A program made the position numbers and the translations under genes. From the NCBI GenBank assembly GCA_963674945.2, contig CAXXWQ010000004.1:1408001-1472000 (forward strand): 64,000 nt of DNA, written 5' to 3'. The notes below the pieces were generated by a model. The model was not told the origin of the DNA. It saw nothing but the letters and a program-made list of their open reading frames with translations, and searched no databases. The first letter of the stretch is position 1; each line of letters opens with the position of its first letter. This document shows positions 31,759-42,035 of the stretch, in pieces. This stretch comes from an uncultured Desulfosarcina sp. GTDB taxonomy: Bacteria; Desulfobacterota; Desulfobacteria; Desulfobacterales; Desulfosarcinaceae.

Positions 31759-32158
31759 TGATCGTCTCCTCCGATGTTGTCGATTCCGGTCCTATGTAAG
31801 GGGTTTTTCCCACGGTGTCAAGATTTTTTTGTTCTTATGGATAGAAACAAGGTTAAAATCCGGGTCCAGAGGGTCCGGCTCTGGGCTCCCCTGAAGTGGG
31901 AGATGCACTGCGATCACTCTTAAGCCACAGGAGTCAGAAGTGATACGCAAGTGCACGAAAGTTGCATATTGCATAGGTCGCAGGTGGATACCGGAAGGCT
32001 TTTTTTCTGTCGTCCATGTGGTACCTGCAAGGGCTCGCACCCGGAACCGGAAAAAGGGACTTTTCATATAGACGCCATTTCGCCGGTGTCCGGGGAACAA
32101 AAAGGTATTTTGGTGCGCAAAATTTGCCGTTTGCGACAATGAATGGGAGGTCTGTCAC

Positions 32159-32818
32159 ATGGGGCGACAACGCAACATTTTCGTAGTGGAGGACGACACC
32201 AACGTTTCCATCGTCCTTTCCGCCAGACTGGAAAGCCTGGGCTATCGCATTTGTGGCACGGCTGAAACGGGACTTGCGGCCGTCCAAGGCGTTCGACGCC
32301 ACGACCCGGACATCATCACGATGGATATCCTCCTCAAAGGGAATATGAATGGAATCGAAGCCGCCGCAAATATCGGCGCCTTCTCGGATGTTCCCATCAT
32401 CTTTATGACCTGCCTCTCCGACCAGAAAATTTTCGAACGCGCCATAAAAACCAACCCGTATGGGTATATCATCAAACCCTACGACACCAATGAATTGCGA
32501 TCCGCCATTGAAATCGCCGCCATTCGGCACGAGGCGAAAAGGGAACGCGAGACATTGATCGCGCGACTGGAAAAGTCTCTTGCGGAGGTAAAAACGTTAC
32601 GCGGTCTTTTGCCCATATGTGCTTCCTGTAAAAAAATTCGCAACCAGGAAGAGAATCGCTGGCAACGGATTGAGGATTACATCGCGAGTCGAAGCGAAAT
32701 CGATTTCACCCATGGCATCTGTCCTGACTGCTCCAGACGATTGTATCCGAACTTATATGAGAAAACAAAAGAAGTGACAATCACCAATGCTCACTGCGAG
32801 GAACAACTCGAAGAGTAA
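32159..32818 (+). CDS. response regulator with C-terminal Cys-rich tail
   Basis: REC domain (VEDD, MDI, KP) plus LPICASCKKIR...THGICPDC. Confidence 0.88.
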   Translation: MGRQRNIFVVEDDTNVSIVLSARLESLGYRICGTAETGLAAVQGVRRHDPDIITMDILLKGNMNGIEAAANIGAFSDVPIIFMTCLSDQKIFERAIKTNPYGYIIKPYDTNELRSAIEIAAIRHEAKRERETLIARLEKSLAEVKTLRGLLPICASCKKIRNQEENRWQRIEDYIASRSEIDFTHGICPDCSRRLYPNLYEKTKEVTITNAHCEEQLEE

Positions 32819-32834
32819 GACGTACCTTCCTTTT

Positions 32835-33620
32835 TTACTCTGCCGTCAACACCTTTTCTTTCATGCGTTCGATCACCGAAGGCCCCGACAATGTCGCCTC
32901 TGTTTCCCCGGTGGCAACGGCCTTGAGTCGCTCGATCCGCGATTTGTCTCTGCTGCTCAGGACTGCATCCCAGCTGTGCAGCGAACCGTGAACCAGGCTG
33001 AAAATCACCAGTGGTCCAAAGGCGATCTCTCCACCAGGCTTTCTCTCCAGCTTTCCATAGATGTCATGGTGATTCAGGGAAAAGACCTTGGGTGCTTCGA
33101 CCAGTTCCAGAAGTTCGGCAAAAAGCAAGAGGCACTCCTGAACCCCCGGAGCATATCCGTTTTCCAAAGAGGCAATCCCTTCCCGGGCAATACCATCGAT
33201 ATCGGCCTCGTTATAATCCAATTTCAATTCGCCGATGCAAATCTCGTGAATGGTTTGCAATGAGGCCTCTTTCTTGCTGATGACAACATCCGTGTCATTG
33301 AGGATTTTCATAGCATTTCTGATACTTATCATCTCTTTCACAGTGGGACTCTTGCGAAGCACCACATCCGCTACGGTGGTATTGTAGATGGTAAGGTCAT
33401 TGTCCAATACCAGTATACGGATCTTTTCCGATTCATCGTTCTCCAGGTACAGCTCCAGGTCCCGCTCTTGCTTTCGAACCCAGGGAAAATAAGCCATCAA
33501 TTGGTTCAGCTTTGCCCTGTCGATGCGTTTGCCACTTTCCACCGGTCCGATGGCTCCGGCGATTTCCCGCACCAGACGGTCAATTTTGATTTTCTCGAGT
33601 AGATTCTCCTTGAATGCCAT
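32835..33620 (-). CDS. hypothetical protein
   Basis: 261-aa ORF with aggagg RBS; no recognised motif. Confidence 0.75.
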   Translation of the reverse strand: MAFKENLLEKIKIDRLVREIAGAIGPVESGKRIDRAKLNQLMAYFPWVRKQERDLELYLENDESEKIRILVLDNDLTIYNTTVADVVLRKSPTVKEMISIRNAMKILNDTDVVISKKEASLQTIHEICIGELKLDYNEADIDGIAREGIASLENGYAPGVQECLLLFAELLELVEAPKVFSLNHHDIYGKLERKPGGEIAFGPLVIFSLVHGSLHSWDAVLSSRDKSRIERLKAVATGETEATLSGPSVIERMKEKVLTAE

Positions 33621-34048
33621 CTACCGCCTCCTTGCATGGGAAAGGTTCATCCTATGATCGAAAAAGGATAAAATTGTCCCAGTCATCTCGAATTTGCCAT
33701 TTGACATCTGTTTTAAAAGCCTATAGAAATGATGTTTCTGCTCGAAAGGCCCTGCCTCCCTCTTCATGAATAGCCAGTGAACACCATCAGGGCAGCACCT
33801 GCTGCGTGCTGGTTTTTCGATGGTGTGCAAAACAAAAACAGGCTGTTTTCCATGCGATGATGAAAGAACGCCAGACGGGTTTACAGGGACGCGTGTTACC
33901 ATTGGGACGAAAATTCGTATTCTATTACGCAAAAAGGGCCACGACGCAAGACAATTGTTCTTGCATGAAAAAATAAAAAATCCGATCCGGTCCATCGTCG
34001 CACCATTGGAAATCGTTGCGGATATTTGTCGGAAAGAAAGGAGTCGGT

Positions 34049-35332
34049 ATGGAAGAGTACGTCACCCTAACCTATGAAGGAAAGGAGTTTCAGCTACCTC
34101 TGGTCGTGGGAACCGAGGGGGAGAAGGCCATCGATATTTCCAACCTTCGGGAAAAAACAGGTCTGATCACCCTGGACCCCGGCTATGCCAACACCGGAAG
34201 CTGCCTCAGCGCCATCACGTATATGGATGGAGAAAAAGGGATCTTGCGATACCGGGGTATCCCCGTGGAACAACTGGCCGAAAATGCCTCTTTCAAGGAG
34301 ACCGCTTACCTGCTCATCAACGGCAGGCTGCCCAATCGTGAACAACTCACCCGTTTTTCGGTGATGCTCAACGACAACAGTCTGGTACACGAAGATCTCA
34401 GGGCCTTTTATCAGAACTTTCCCCGGGCCTCTCACCCCATGGGCATCCTGTCGGCCATGGTCAATGCCCTGCGCAGCTTCTATCCGGAGTTGGGAACCAT
34501 GGAGGAGGAGATCACCATCACCATGACCCGCCTGTTGGCGAAAGTACGCACCATGGCTGCCATGTCCTACAAGATTTCCCGGGGTCACAAAGTGGTCTAT
34601 CCACGACCGGACATGACCTATTGTGAAAACTTCCTGAACATGATGTTCGATACTCCCGTAAAACCCTACGAAATGAATCGGGCGGTGGTCAACGCCCTGC
34701 GGGTCTTCTGGATACTGCATGCCGACCATGAACAGAATTGTTCCACTGCTACCGTTCGCGTTGTGGGCAGCGCCCGTGTCAACCTCTATGCGGCCATTTC
34801 TTCGGGGATTTCGGCGCTGTGGGGGCCGTTACACGGCGGGGCCAACCAGGCGGTCATCGAGATGTTGAGCAACATTCAAGCAGATGGGGGAAATTACAAG
34901 AAGGCCATCGAACGGGCCAAGGACAAAAGTGATCCTTTCCGCCTCATGGGATTCGGACACAGGGTCTACAAAACTTACGACCCCCGAGAAAAAATCATGA
35001 AAAAAACGTGTGACATATTGCTGGAATCATTGAAAATTTCCGACCCCTTGCTGGACATCGCCAAAGAGCTTGAAGAGGTGGCGGTCAAGGACCCCTATTT
35101 CTTGGACCACAACCTATATCCCAATATTGATTTTTACAGTGGAATCGTGTTGCGGGCCATTGGCATTCCCACCAACATGTTCACGGTCATGTTCGCCATC
35201 GGCAGGCTCCCCGGGTGGATCTCCCAGTGGAAAGAAAGCATGGACGACCCAAAATGGAAGATCAGCCGGCCCCGGCAGGTTTACGTTGGGGAAAAGGAGT
35301 ACGATTTCATCCCCATCCATGCGCGTCCCTAA
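34049..35332 (+). CDS. gltA: citrate synthase
   Basis: LHADHEQNCST, GPLHGGAN, MGFGHRVYK, YPNIDFYSG. Confidence 0.95.
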   Translation: MEEYVTLTYEGKEFQLPLVVGTEGEKAIDISNLREKTGLITLDPGYANTGSCLSAITYMDGEKGILRYRGIPVEQLAENASFKETAYLLINGRLPNREQLTRFSVMLNDNSLVHEDLRAFYQNFPRASHPMGILSAMVNALRSFYPELGTMEEEITITMTRLLAKVRTMAAMSYKISRGHKVVYPRPDMTYCENFLNMMFDTPVKPYEMNRAVVNALRVFWILHADHEQNCSTATVRVVGSARVNLYAAISSGISALWGPLHGGANQAVIEMLSNIQADGGNYKKAIERAKDKSDPFRLMGFGHRVYKTYDPREKIMKKTCDILLESLKISDPLLDIAKELEEVAVKDPYFLDHNLYPNIDFYSGIVLRAIGIPTNMFTVMFAIGRLPGWISQWKESMDDPKWKISRPRQVYVGEKEYDFIPIHARP

Positions 35333-35522
35333 ACGGAGTTAAAATCATTTTCGCGAAGAACACGTTGCAGGCGTAGAATTCATTTTGTTTTGACAGGCCG
35401 ACCGGCCTTCACATACACTGATAGCAAATCGCCGATCACAAGGATCGGTGACTTGCGTAACCATGAAAAGCAGGCATTTTTGTCGTTACGTTCACCTCCC
35501 ACTCTTCAGATAAGGTGGCGCC

Positions 35523-35984
35523 ATGCTGGTAAAAGAGATCATGACCCAAACACCCATCGTCGTTTCTCCGAATATGGAGGTCGTAAAGGCCGCCAAGCTT
35601 TTATTGGATCATCGGATCAATGGCCTGCCTGTCGTGGACGAACATGGCACGCTCGTGGGGATCCTTTGCCAAAGCGACATCATTGCCCAGCAGAAAAAAC
35701 TTCCCGTACCCTCCTTCTTCTCTTTTTTGGATGGAATTATCCCGCTTCGCTCCATGAAAGGCCTGGAAAAGGAGGTCAGCAAGATTGCCGCCGCCTATGT
35801 TTCGGAGGCAATGACACCCAACCCCATCACCGTGGGGCCGGAGTCAACCATCGAAACAGTGGCAGAGTTGATGGTGGACCACAACTTACACACCCTGCCC
35901 GTCGTGGAAAACGATGTGCTGGTGGGAGTTGTGGGAAAAGAGGATATCCTGCGGACATTGTTGCCCGCGGACCGGAAACGATGA
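35523..35984 (+). CDS. CBS domain protein
   Basis: tandem CBS repeats (LPVVD, LPVVE). Confidence 0.9.
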   Translation: MLVKEIMTQTPIVVSPNMEVVKAAKLLLDHRINGLPVVDEHGTLVGILCQSDIIAQQKKLPVPSFFSFLDGIIPLRSMKGLEKEVSKIAAAYVSEAMTPNPITVGPESTIETVAELMVDHNLHTLPVVENDVLVGVVGKEDILRTLLPADRKR

Positions 35985-35997
35985 AAGGAGGCACACC

Positions 35998-36438
35998 ATG
36001 GGAATCCATCAAATCGTATGCTGTACGGATTTTTCCAATCATGCCGAGGGGGCCTTTCAGTCGGCCCTCGATCTTGCCCAACGATATGGCGCAAAGCTGT
36101 ACGTCATCCATGTATTGCCTCCCGTGGTCAATCCCATGCTGGCTGATGTGGATCTATTGCATACCAATGATCCGGATGAAAATCTCGTGGTTCGACTGAA
36201 TGAAAAGATGCAGGATGTCTATGGCAACCGAATTCCCGATTCTGTAAAAAGTGAGCTGATCGTCCGGGACGGACACGTATCCACGGAAATCATCCGTTTC
36301 ATCGAAGAGATCGATGCCGACCTGGCCGTGGTGGGTGCTTTTGGTTTGAGCGGTATGGGGCTGGTACTGTTCGGCAGCGTGGCCAAACGCATCTCCCACA
36401 AGGCCCCCTGCTCGGTGATGATCGTCCGGGAAAAGTAA
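35998..36438 (+). CDS. universal stress protein
   Basis: TDFS, LFGSVAKRISHKAPCSV. Confidence 0.9.
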   Translation: MGIHQIVCCTDFSNHAEGAFQSALDLAQRYGAKLYVIHVLPPVVNPMLADVDLLHTNDPDENLVVRLNEKMQDVYGNRIPDSVKSELIVRDGHVSTEIIRFIEEIDADLAVVGAFGLSGMGLVLFGSVAKRISHKAPCSVMIVREK

Positions 36439-36492
36439 ACCGGTTCCGGACATCGTTGCCAGCGGCGGAGGGACGTTCTTTTGGCCTCCATC

Positions 36493-38232
36493 ATGAAAAT
36501 ACTACTCGTTTATCCCTATTTCCTCGACAACCGCATGGATGAAGCGGATATCAGCGCGGTTCCCATGGGTCTGTTCCACGTGGGTGCGATGCTACGGGCA
36601 AACGGATACGCGGTGGACATCCTCAACGTCTACAATTTAGGCCGCGCACCCCACAAAATCTACCAGGTGCTGAGCGATGTGAATCCAGACGTGGTGGGCT
36701 TTTCCATCTTACACGCCAACCGTTGGGGCGGCATCGATATCGCCCGAATGGTCAAGAAGATCAACGAAAATGCCATCGTCGTGTTTGGCGGCGTGGGCGC
36801 CACTTTTCTCTGGGAACATTTTTTGACCCACTTTCCCCAGGTCGACTTCGTGGTTCGGGGTGAAGGGGAACACAGCTTTCTGGAGTTGGTCCGCTTCTTG
36901 GAGAAGAAAGAGGGCGATCTGCCCGAGAACATCCGTGGATTGGCGTTTCGCAGATCAAACAAGCCATGTAAAACAGAGGATCGAGAGCCCGTAGCGGACC
37001 TGGACACCCTTCCCATGCCCGCCGAATATTTCACCTTTCAACACCTCTCCATTACCAGGGGGTGCCCGGAAAATTGTACCTTTTGCGGATCTCCGGAATT
37101 CTGGCAACGCAGGGTGCGTTTTCACAGCGCCGACTATTTCGTAGATCAGATCGCACACCTTCACGCCAGAGGCGTACGCTTTTTCTTCGTTTCCGACGAC
37201 ACCTTTACCCTCAAACGAAAACTGGTGTTGGACGTTTGCCGCCAGATCATCCAGCGCCGCCTCGACATTAACTGGGTGGCCATATCCCGGGTGGACTGCG
37301 TGGATGAAGAGATGCTCAGATGGATGCGCCGCGCCGGATGCACTCAGGTCAGTTACGGGGTGGAAAGCGGTAGCCGGAAAATCAGGAATCTACTGCAAAA
37401 GCGGATCAGTGAAGCGGACATCTGCCGCGCCTTCGATATGACCGCAAAAACCGGCATCATGGCCAGGGCGTATTTTATCTATGGTGCGCCGGGCGAGTCG
37501 GATCAAACCATCCAGGAAAGCCTCTCTTTGATGGAACGAATCCGCCCCCTGTCCGCAATTTTTTACATATTGGATCTGTTTCCCGGAACGGCCCTTTATG
37601 AGGAATACAAAAAAAAGACAGGCATCACCGATGACATCTGGTTGAAGCGCATCGAAGACATCCTCTATTTCGAAACGGATGCGTCACTTTCCAAAGAGCA
37701 GGTTCTCGACTTTGGACGACGGCTTCGGGAAGGGTATTTTTCAAGACTGCCGGAATTCGTCGATGGGCTGGAACTCACCGATGACCCGGAACTCTATCCG
37801 CTGCACGCCGATTTTCTGTCGCGGCTGGGATTGACCTTCAGTCACGGGGACTATGCTACGAATCCGCTCATCGAGAACAGCCTGGAAACGGCTATCAGAC
37901 TATTCAAACGTTCACTCGAATACCACCCTGACCACAGGGCCTTCTGGGGATTGGGTATCGTCTACCAACACCTGCGCCGCGTAGAAGAATCGGTGGATAT
38001 CCTGGAGCAGGGCATCGACCACCACGAAACCAGTGCGGACCTGCATCTGGCCCTGGCCAACAGCCTGATGCGGCTGGGACGTTACCAACAAGCCCGTCAG
38101 GCCTTAAGACGTTTTCCCCATCATCCCCAGGCCGTCGAGCAGATCATTCGATGCTGCCGATTCATGGGAGACCGAGATGGAGAAAAGAAATGGCGGGATC
38201 AACAAAAAGTGTCACACCGCACTTCTATGTAG
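36493..38232 (+). CDS. B12-binding radical SAM protein with C-terminal TPRs
   Basis: cobalamin-binding N-terminus, RGCPENCTFC, GVESGS, TPR-like helices. Confidence 0.88.
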   Translation: MKILLVYPYFLDNRMDEADISAVPMGLFHVGAMLRANGYAVDILNVYNLGRAPHKIYQVLSDVNPDVVGFSILHANRWGGIDIARMVKKINENAIVVFGGVGATFLWEHFLTHFPQVDFVVRGEGEHSFLELVRFLEKKEGDLPENIRGLAFRRSNKPCKTEDREPVADLDTLPMPAEYFTFQHLSITRGCPENCTFCGSPEFWQRRVRFHSADYFVDQIAHLHARGVRFFFVSDDTFTLKRKLVLDVCRQIIQRRLDINWVAISRVDCVDEEMLRWMRRAGCTQVSYGVESGSRKIRNLLQKRISEADICRAFDMTAKTGIMARAYFIYGAPGESDQTIQESLSLMERIRPLSAIFYILDLFPGTALYEEYKKKTGITDDIWLKRIEDILYFETDASLSKEQVLDFGRRLREGYFSRLPEFVDGLELTDDPELYPLHADFLSRLGLTFSHGDYATNPLIENSLETAIRLFKRSLEYHPDHRAFWGLGIVYQHLRRVEESVDILEQGIDHHETSADLHLALANSLMRLGRYQQARQALRRFPHHPQAVEQIIRCCRFMGDRDGEKKWRDQQKVSHRTSM

Positions 38233-38424
38233 TGTTCTTCCAGAAACAGGAAAATTGGGTCGAGATCGAGGCTTGCGACCAATTTTATCTCGGGTTTTAC
38301 CGGAGACGCCCCGAAGGAAGTGCCCCTTGGGGTGCATATGGTTGATATTTCGAGGATAAAATTTTTTGCATAACACAGATATCGACCAAAGCCAAAATTG
38401 GCTTGGCCATTTCTGGACTGGTAC

Positions 38425-38673
38425 TTAGGCCTTGCCGCAGCAGCTCCCCGGCCCGGCACAACCGGCATGCCCCGGTGTGGCGCCGCAGCATGCCGTGTCC
38501 CCCGGGCCGGGCATGGCAGATGAAGGAGACCCCGACAAGGATGAATGGGCGGACAGCATCTTTTTCACGTTACTGCCACCGCATTTTTCACATGAGACCG
38601 TCGTATCCTCGGAGAAAACGATCACTTCGGATACATGACCGCAGTCGGCACACAAGAAGTCGAAAAGCGGCAT
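38425..38673 (-). CDS. FmdB-family zinc-ribbon protein
   Basis: MPLFDFLCADCG...CEKCG, Cys-rich tail. Confidence 0.85.
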   Translation of the reverse strand: MPLFDFLCADCGHVSEVIVFSEDTTVSCEKCGGSNVKKMLSAHSSLSGSPSSAMPGPGDTACCGATPGHAGCAGPGSCCGKA

Positions 38674-38689
38674 CACATCCTCCCACGAA

Positions 38690-39076
38690 TTAATGGTTGC
38701 ATCCACCAATCTGAACACCGTGGTGGTGGCCACAAATATGGCCAGGTTCAAACTCCGGCAATTTTCCCGATTGTATCAATTGTGCATTTTCTTCTACGGT
38801 CCCCGCGACCGCGCGATAAACGGTAATCCCCGCTTCCTTGAGCCTTTTCAGGGCGCCGCCGCCGATTCCACCAACCACGACGCCGTCCACTTGTTGTCCT
38901 TGTAACGCCCCCAGGGGATTACAGGCACCGTGCCGATGATCCTTGTCCGGATTTTCGTAGACCTCTATCGCATCGGTATCCAAATCCATGAAAACAAAGT
39001 ACGGCGCGGATCCGAAATGGCCATAAACATCACTTTTCCTGCCCTTGTCCTCGACGATGGGAAATGCGATTTTCAT
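38690..39076 (-). CDS. NifB/NifX family metal-cluster-binding protein
   Basis: MKIAFP, HFGSAPYF, GGIGGGA, His/Cys tail. Confidence 0.85.
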   Translation of the reverse strand: MKIAFPIVEDKGRKSDVYGHFGSAPYFVFMDLDTDAIEVYENPDKDHRHGACNPLGALQGQQVDGVVVGGIGGGALKRLKEAGITVYRAVAGTVEENAQLIQSGKLPEFEPGHICGHHHGVQIGGCNH

Positions 39077-39321
39077 TTTGTTTGCCCTTTCTCATGCAAA
39101 ACTAACCAATGCCTGGCATGTGGTTATCGTCAGATAATGGTGAATGCACGAAAGTGAGCGAAATCGCCGATCATTTCCCCCACGTTGAGGTGCATGGTGA
39201 TTTGAATTCATATCGTAAAAAAAGATCTGTTTCAAGAATCTATCCCGTCTGAACAGGGCAATGGGAACCGTCGGCCGTTTCCGGCAAAAATCGAAGATAT
39301 GGTTGCTTCGACATTATCCAC

Positions 39322-39337
39322 ATGCTATATGTAGTGC
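39322..39337. promoter_or_regulatory. NrdR-box-like site upstream of PIN-PhoH gene
   Basis: ATGCTATATGTAGTGC; weaker partner ATCGAAGATATGGTTG at 39290. Confidence 0.45.
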
Positions 39338-39536
39338 ACTTGTCTAAAATCGGCTCTTATTTCGTATCAAGGTCAAATGCCCCTGACGCACTTCTCCACC
39401 ATTTTGTCCTTCCAATGCGGGATCGTCCCTGCCGCAACGTTCGACAATCACGGTTCGCGTTTTGTATCGGCACACTCTTGTCCGTGCTGCAAGCAGATCG
39501 TTCACAGGATAAACCCAAAGATCTTCAGGAGGCGCC

Positions 39537-40883
39537 ATGATTTCCACTTCGGCAAGTAAGCAAAAAATCTTTGTATTGGATACCAATGTGATCCTGCACG
39601 ACAGTACGTGTATCGAACAATTCCATGAGCATGACATCGTTATTCCCATACCCGTCATCGAGGAGTTGGATCGGTTCAAGAAGGGAAAAGAGATTTTAAA
39701 CTGCAACGCCAGAGAATTTGCCAGGGCATTGGACGAATTGACCGGTGATCGTATTTTCAATGGCGGAATACCCATCGGCCCTGGAAAGGGAAAGATCAGC
39801 GTCTGTTTGGATCGGGAATTTCACGATAAACTCAAAACGAACTTTTCACCCGGCAAACCGGACCATCATATCCTCAACGCCGTCTATCATATCGCCTGCG
39901 AAAAAGGTTTCGACCGTGTCTTTCTGGTAACCAAAGATGTGAACTTACGCATGAAAGCCAAATCCATCGGTCTGATGGCACAAGATTACAGCACGGATCG
40001 GGTCCAGGCACCGGCGGATCTGTATAAAGGGACCCGTCTGGTGAATGACCTTCCCGCCGCCGTCATCAACCAGTTGTACAGCAAACCGTTTGAACTGGCC
40101 GCCGCCGCCATCGAGGTCGACACACCGCTTTTCGCAAACGAATATCTTGTAATGAAAAACGGCAGCACCAGCGCTTTGGGGACCTATCTTCCCCAGACCC
40201 AGACGATTCGTCGAATCGACACCCAGACCTGCTTCGGCATCCGGCCCAGGAATGCAGAGCAGTGTTTTGCCATGGACGCATTGATCAACCGCGACATCCC
40301 CCTGGTCACCATCACGGGGAAAGCGGGAACCGGGAAGACGCTGCTGGCCCTTGCCGCAGCACTAGAGAAACGACGTTATTATCGGCAGATCTTCATCGCC
40401 CGGCCGTCGGTTCCCTTGAGCAACAAGGACATCGGATACCTGCCCGGGGACATCCAGTCCAAACTCGACCCGTATATGCAACCATTGTACGACAACCTCT
40501 CGGTGATCGAAAGCTGTCAGAACACCAGGAATGGCAATGGCTCCCCGCGTCGGGTGAAAGACCTTCTCGATGAAGAAAAAATCGTCATCACACCGCTGTC
40601 CTACATCCGCGGCCGAAGCATCGTGAAGGTCTTTTTCATTGTGGACGAGGCCCAGAACCTCACGCCCCACGAGGTAAAAACAATCATCACCCGGGCCGGC
40701 GAAGGGACCAAGATCGTCTTCACCGGCGATATTTATCAGATCGACCATCCCTACCTGGACAGCCGGAGCAATGGACTCAGCTATCTCATCGAAAAAATGA
40801 AAGGACAACACCTGTACACCCACATCAATCTGGAAAAAGGGGAACGGAGCGAGCTTTCCGACCTGGCCATCAGCCTATTGTAA
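39537..40883 (+). CDS. PIN-PhoH family protein
   Basis: N-terminal PIN (VLDTNV, VTKD), GKAGTGKT, GYLPG, RGRS, DEAQN. Confidence 0.9.
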   Translation: MISTSASKQKIFVLDTNVILHDSTCIEQFHEHDIVIPIPVIEELDRFKKGKEILNCNAREFARALDELTGDRIFNGGIPIGPGKGKISVCLDREFHDKLKTNFSPGKPDHHILNAVYHIACEKGFDRVFLVTKDVNLRMKAKSIGLMAQDYSTDRVQAPADLYKGTRLVNDLPAAVINQLYSKPFELAAAAIEVDTPLFANEYLVMKNGSTSALGTYLPQTQTIRRIDTQTCFGIRPRNAEQCFAMDALINRDIPLVTITGKAGTGKTLLALAAALEKRRYYRQIFIARPSVPLSNKDIGYLPGDIQSKLDPYMQPLYDNLSVIESCQNTRNGNGSPRRVKDLLDEEKIVITPLSYIRGRSIVKVFFIVDEAQNLTPHEVKTIITRAGEGTKIVFTGDIYQIDHPYLDSRSNGLSYLIEKMKGQHLYTHINLEKGERSELSDLAISLL

Positions 40884-40938
40884 GAGGTTCGTTTATGACG
40901 CCGGGTGTTGACTATGTTCTTCGGGGCTGGTACTTGAG

Positions 40939-40951
40939 GATAATCATTATC
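40939..40951. promoter_or_regulatory. Fur-box core palindrome
   Basis: GATAATCATTATC just after TTGACT-N17-TACTTG, upstream of a Fur-family gene. Confidence 0.6.
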
Positions 40952-40968
40952 AAAAACGGACGAGAACC

Positions 40969-41409
40969 ATGGCAAACCCTGAAATGCGATTACAAAGCAT
41001 GGTGGACACCCTGCGGAAACACAAATACCGGATCACGCCCCAGCGACTGGCCATCTTGAAAGTGCTTGCAAAAAGTGAGGGGCATCCGAGCGTCGAATCC
41101 ATCTATGCCCAGGTCAAGCCCGCATTTCCCACGACAAGCCTTGCCACCATTTACAAAAACATTGCCGTTCTAAAGGAGCTGGATCAGGTCCTTGAACTGG
41201 GGTTTAGCGACGACAGCAACCGGTACGACGGCAATAAGCCATTCGATCATCCCCATGTGGTTTGCACCATCTGCAAGAAGATCCTCGATCCCGATATCTC
41301 GAAACTTTCGGACATGACACAGGAACTGACGCGTCAGACCGGATTCACCATCACCCGCCATCGCCTCGATTTTTTCGGCATCTGTCCGGATTGCCAGGCC
41401 CGGCGGTGA
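40969..41409 (+). CDS. Fur family regulator (PerR-like)
   Basis: RITPQR, HPS, SLATIYK, HPHVVCTIC, GICPDC. Confidence 0.9.
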   Translation: MANPEMRLQSMVDTLRKHKYRITPQRLAILKVLAKSEGHPSVESIYAQVKPAFPTTSLATIYKNIAVLKELDQVLELGFSDDSNRYDGNKPFDHPHVVCTICKKILDPDISKLSDMTQELTRQTGFTITRHRLDFFGICPDCQARR

Positions 41410-41416
41410 TCCTTTT

Positions 41417-41842
41417 TCATTTGGGCGGAAAGGGCTCCTTGGCCGAACCGAAACCGATGATGGCGCCCTGCTCATCCAATGCCAACACCATAAATTCGTA
41501 GGTGTTCCTGCCTTCCGTGGGACAGGGACCATTGTAACCGATGTCCAGTGCCTTGGGCGGAATGCGTCCCGATCCGTCGTTTTCGATCTTCCCACCGCCG
41601 TGGTTTTCTTCCGGGATGCTCAGGTTGGTGAGACGGATCGTAAGCCATTTGGTTCCCTCGGGAATGTTGGATACCCGGATTTCCGGAGAGTCGTGGATAC
41701 AGGGGGCGATCCCCTGCCAGGAGAAGGAGACATCCATTTTCACGGCATCCTCGGGGATGTCGATCTTATTTGGATTTCCGGCACAACCAAATGAGACAGA
41801 AAGAAATAATAAAACACCGATCACGGCCTGCCAATTTGTCAT
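41417..41842 (-). CDS. YbhB/YbcL-like (PEBP fold) lipoprotein
   Basis: SFGC lipobox, SPEI, HGGG, YNGPCP. Confidence 0.75.
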   Translation of the reverse strand: MTNWQAVIGVLLFLSVSFGCAGNPNKIDIPEDAVKMDVSFSWQGIAPCIHDSPEIRVSNIPEGTKWLTIRLTNLSIPEENHGGGKIENDGSGRIPPKALDIGYNGPCPTEGRNTYEFMVLALDEQGAIIGFGSAKEPFPPK

Positions 41843-41923
41843 ATTCGCCTCACAAATTCGGTTTTGTATCAGATGGGCAATAGGTAGTATCAGGCCTTTG
41901 AATTGTCAAAGGGTATTTGAAGT

Positions 41924-42035
41924 TGAAGCGCGTTGACATAAGTCGACCCTGAAAATTGACATAAGTCTTTCCCAAATCGCCTTAACATGGTCAAACTTTG
42001 TTTGATTTGATCTTTCGATGTAGGCAACGCACTCC
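41924..42035 (+). repeat. left arm of 112-bp inverted repeat bounding the island
   Basis: 88/112 identical, ungapped, to reverse complement of 56608-56719. Confidence 0.85.

Noticed and set aside
31891..31960. Hammerhead ribozyme (CTGAAG...stem...GAAA)
   Set aside because: Core reads CTGAAGT rather than CTGANGA, and extra bases separate it from the stem
41933..41967. XerCD dif/pdif site from TTGACATAA arms
   Set aside because: Arms are direct repeats, not inverted around a 6-bp spacer
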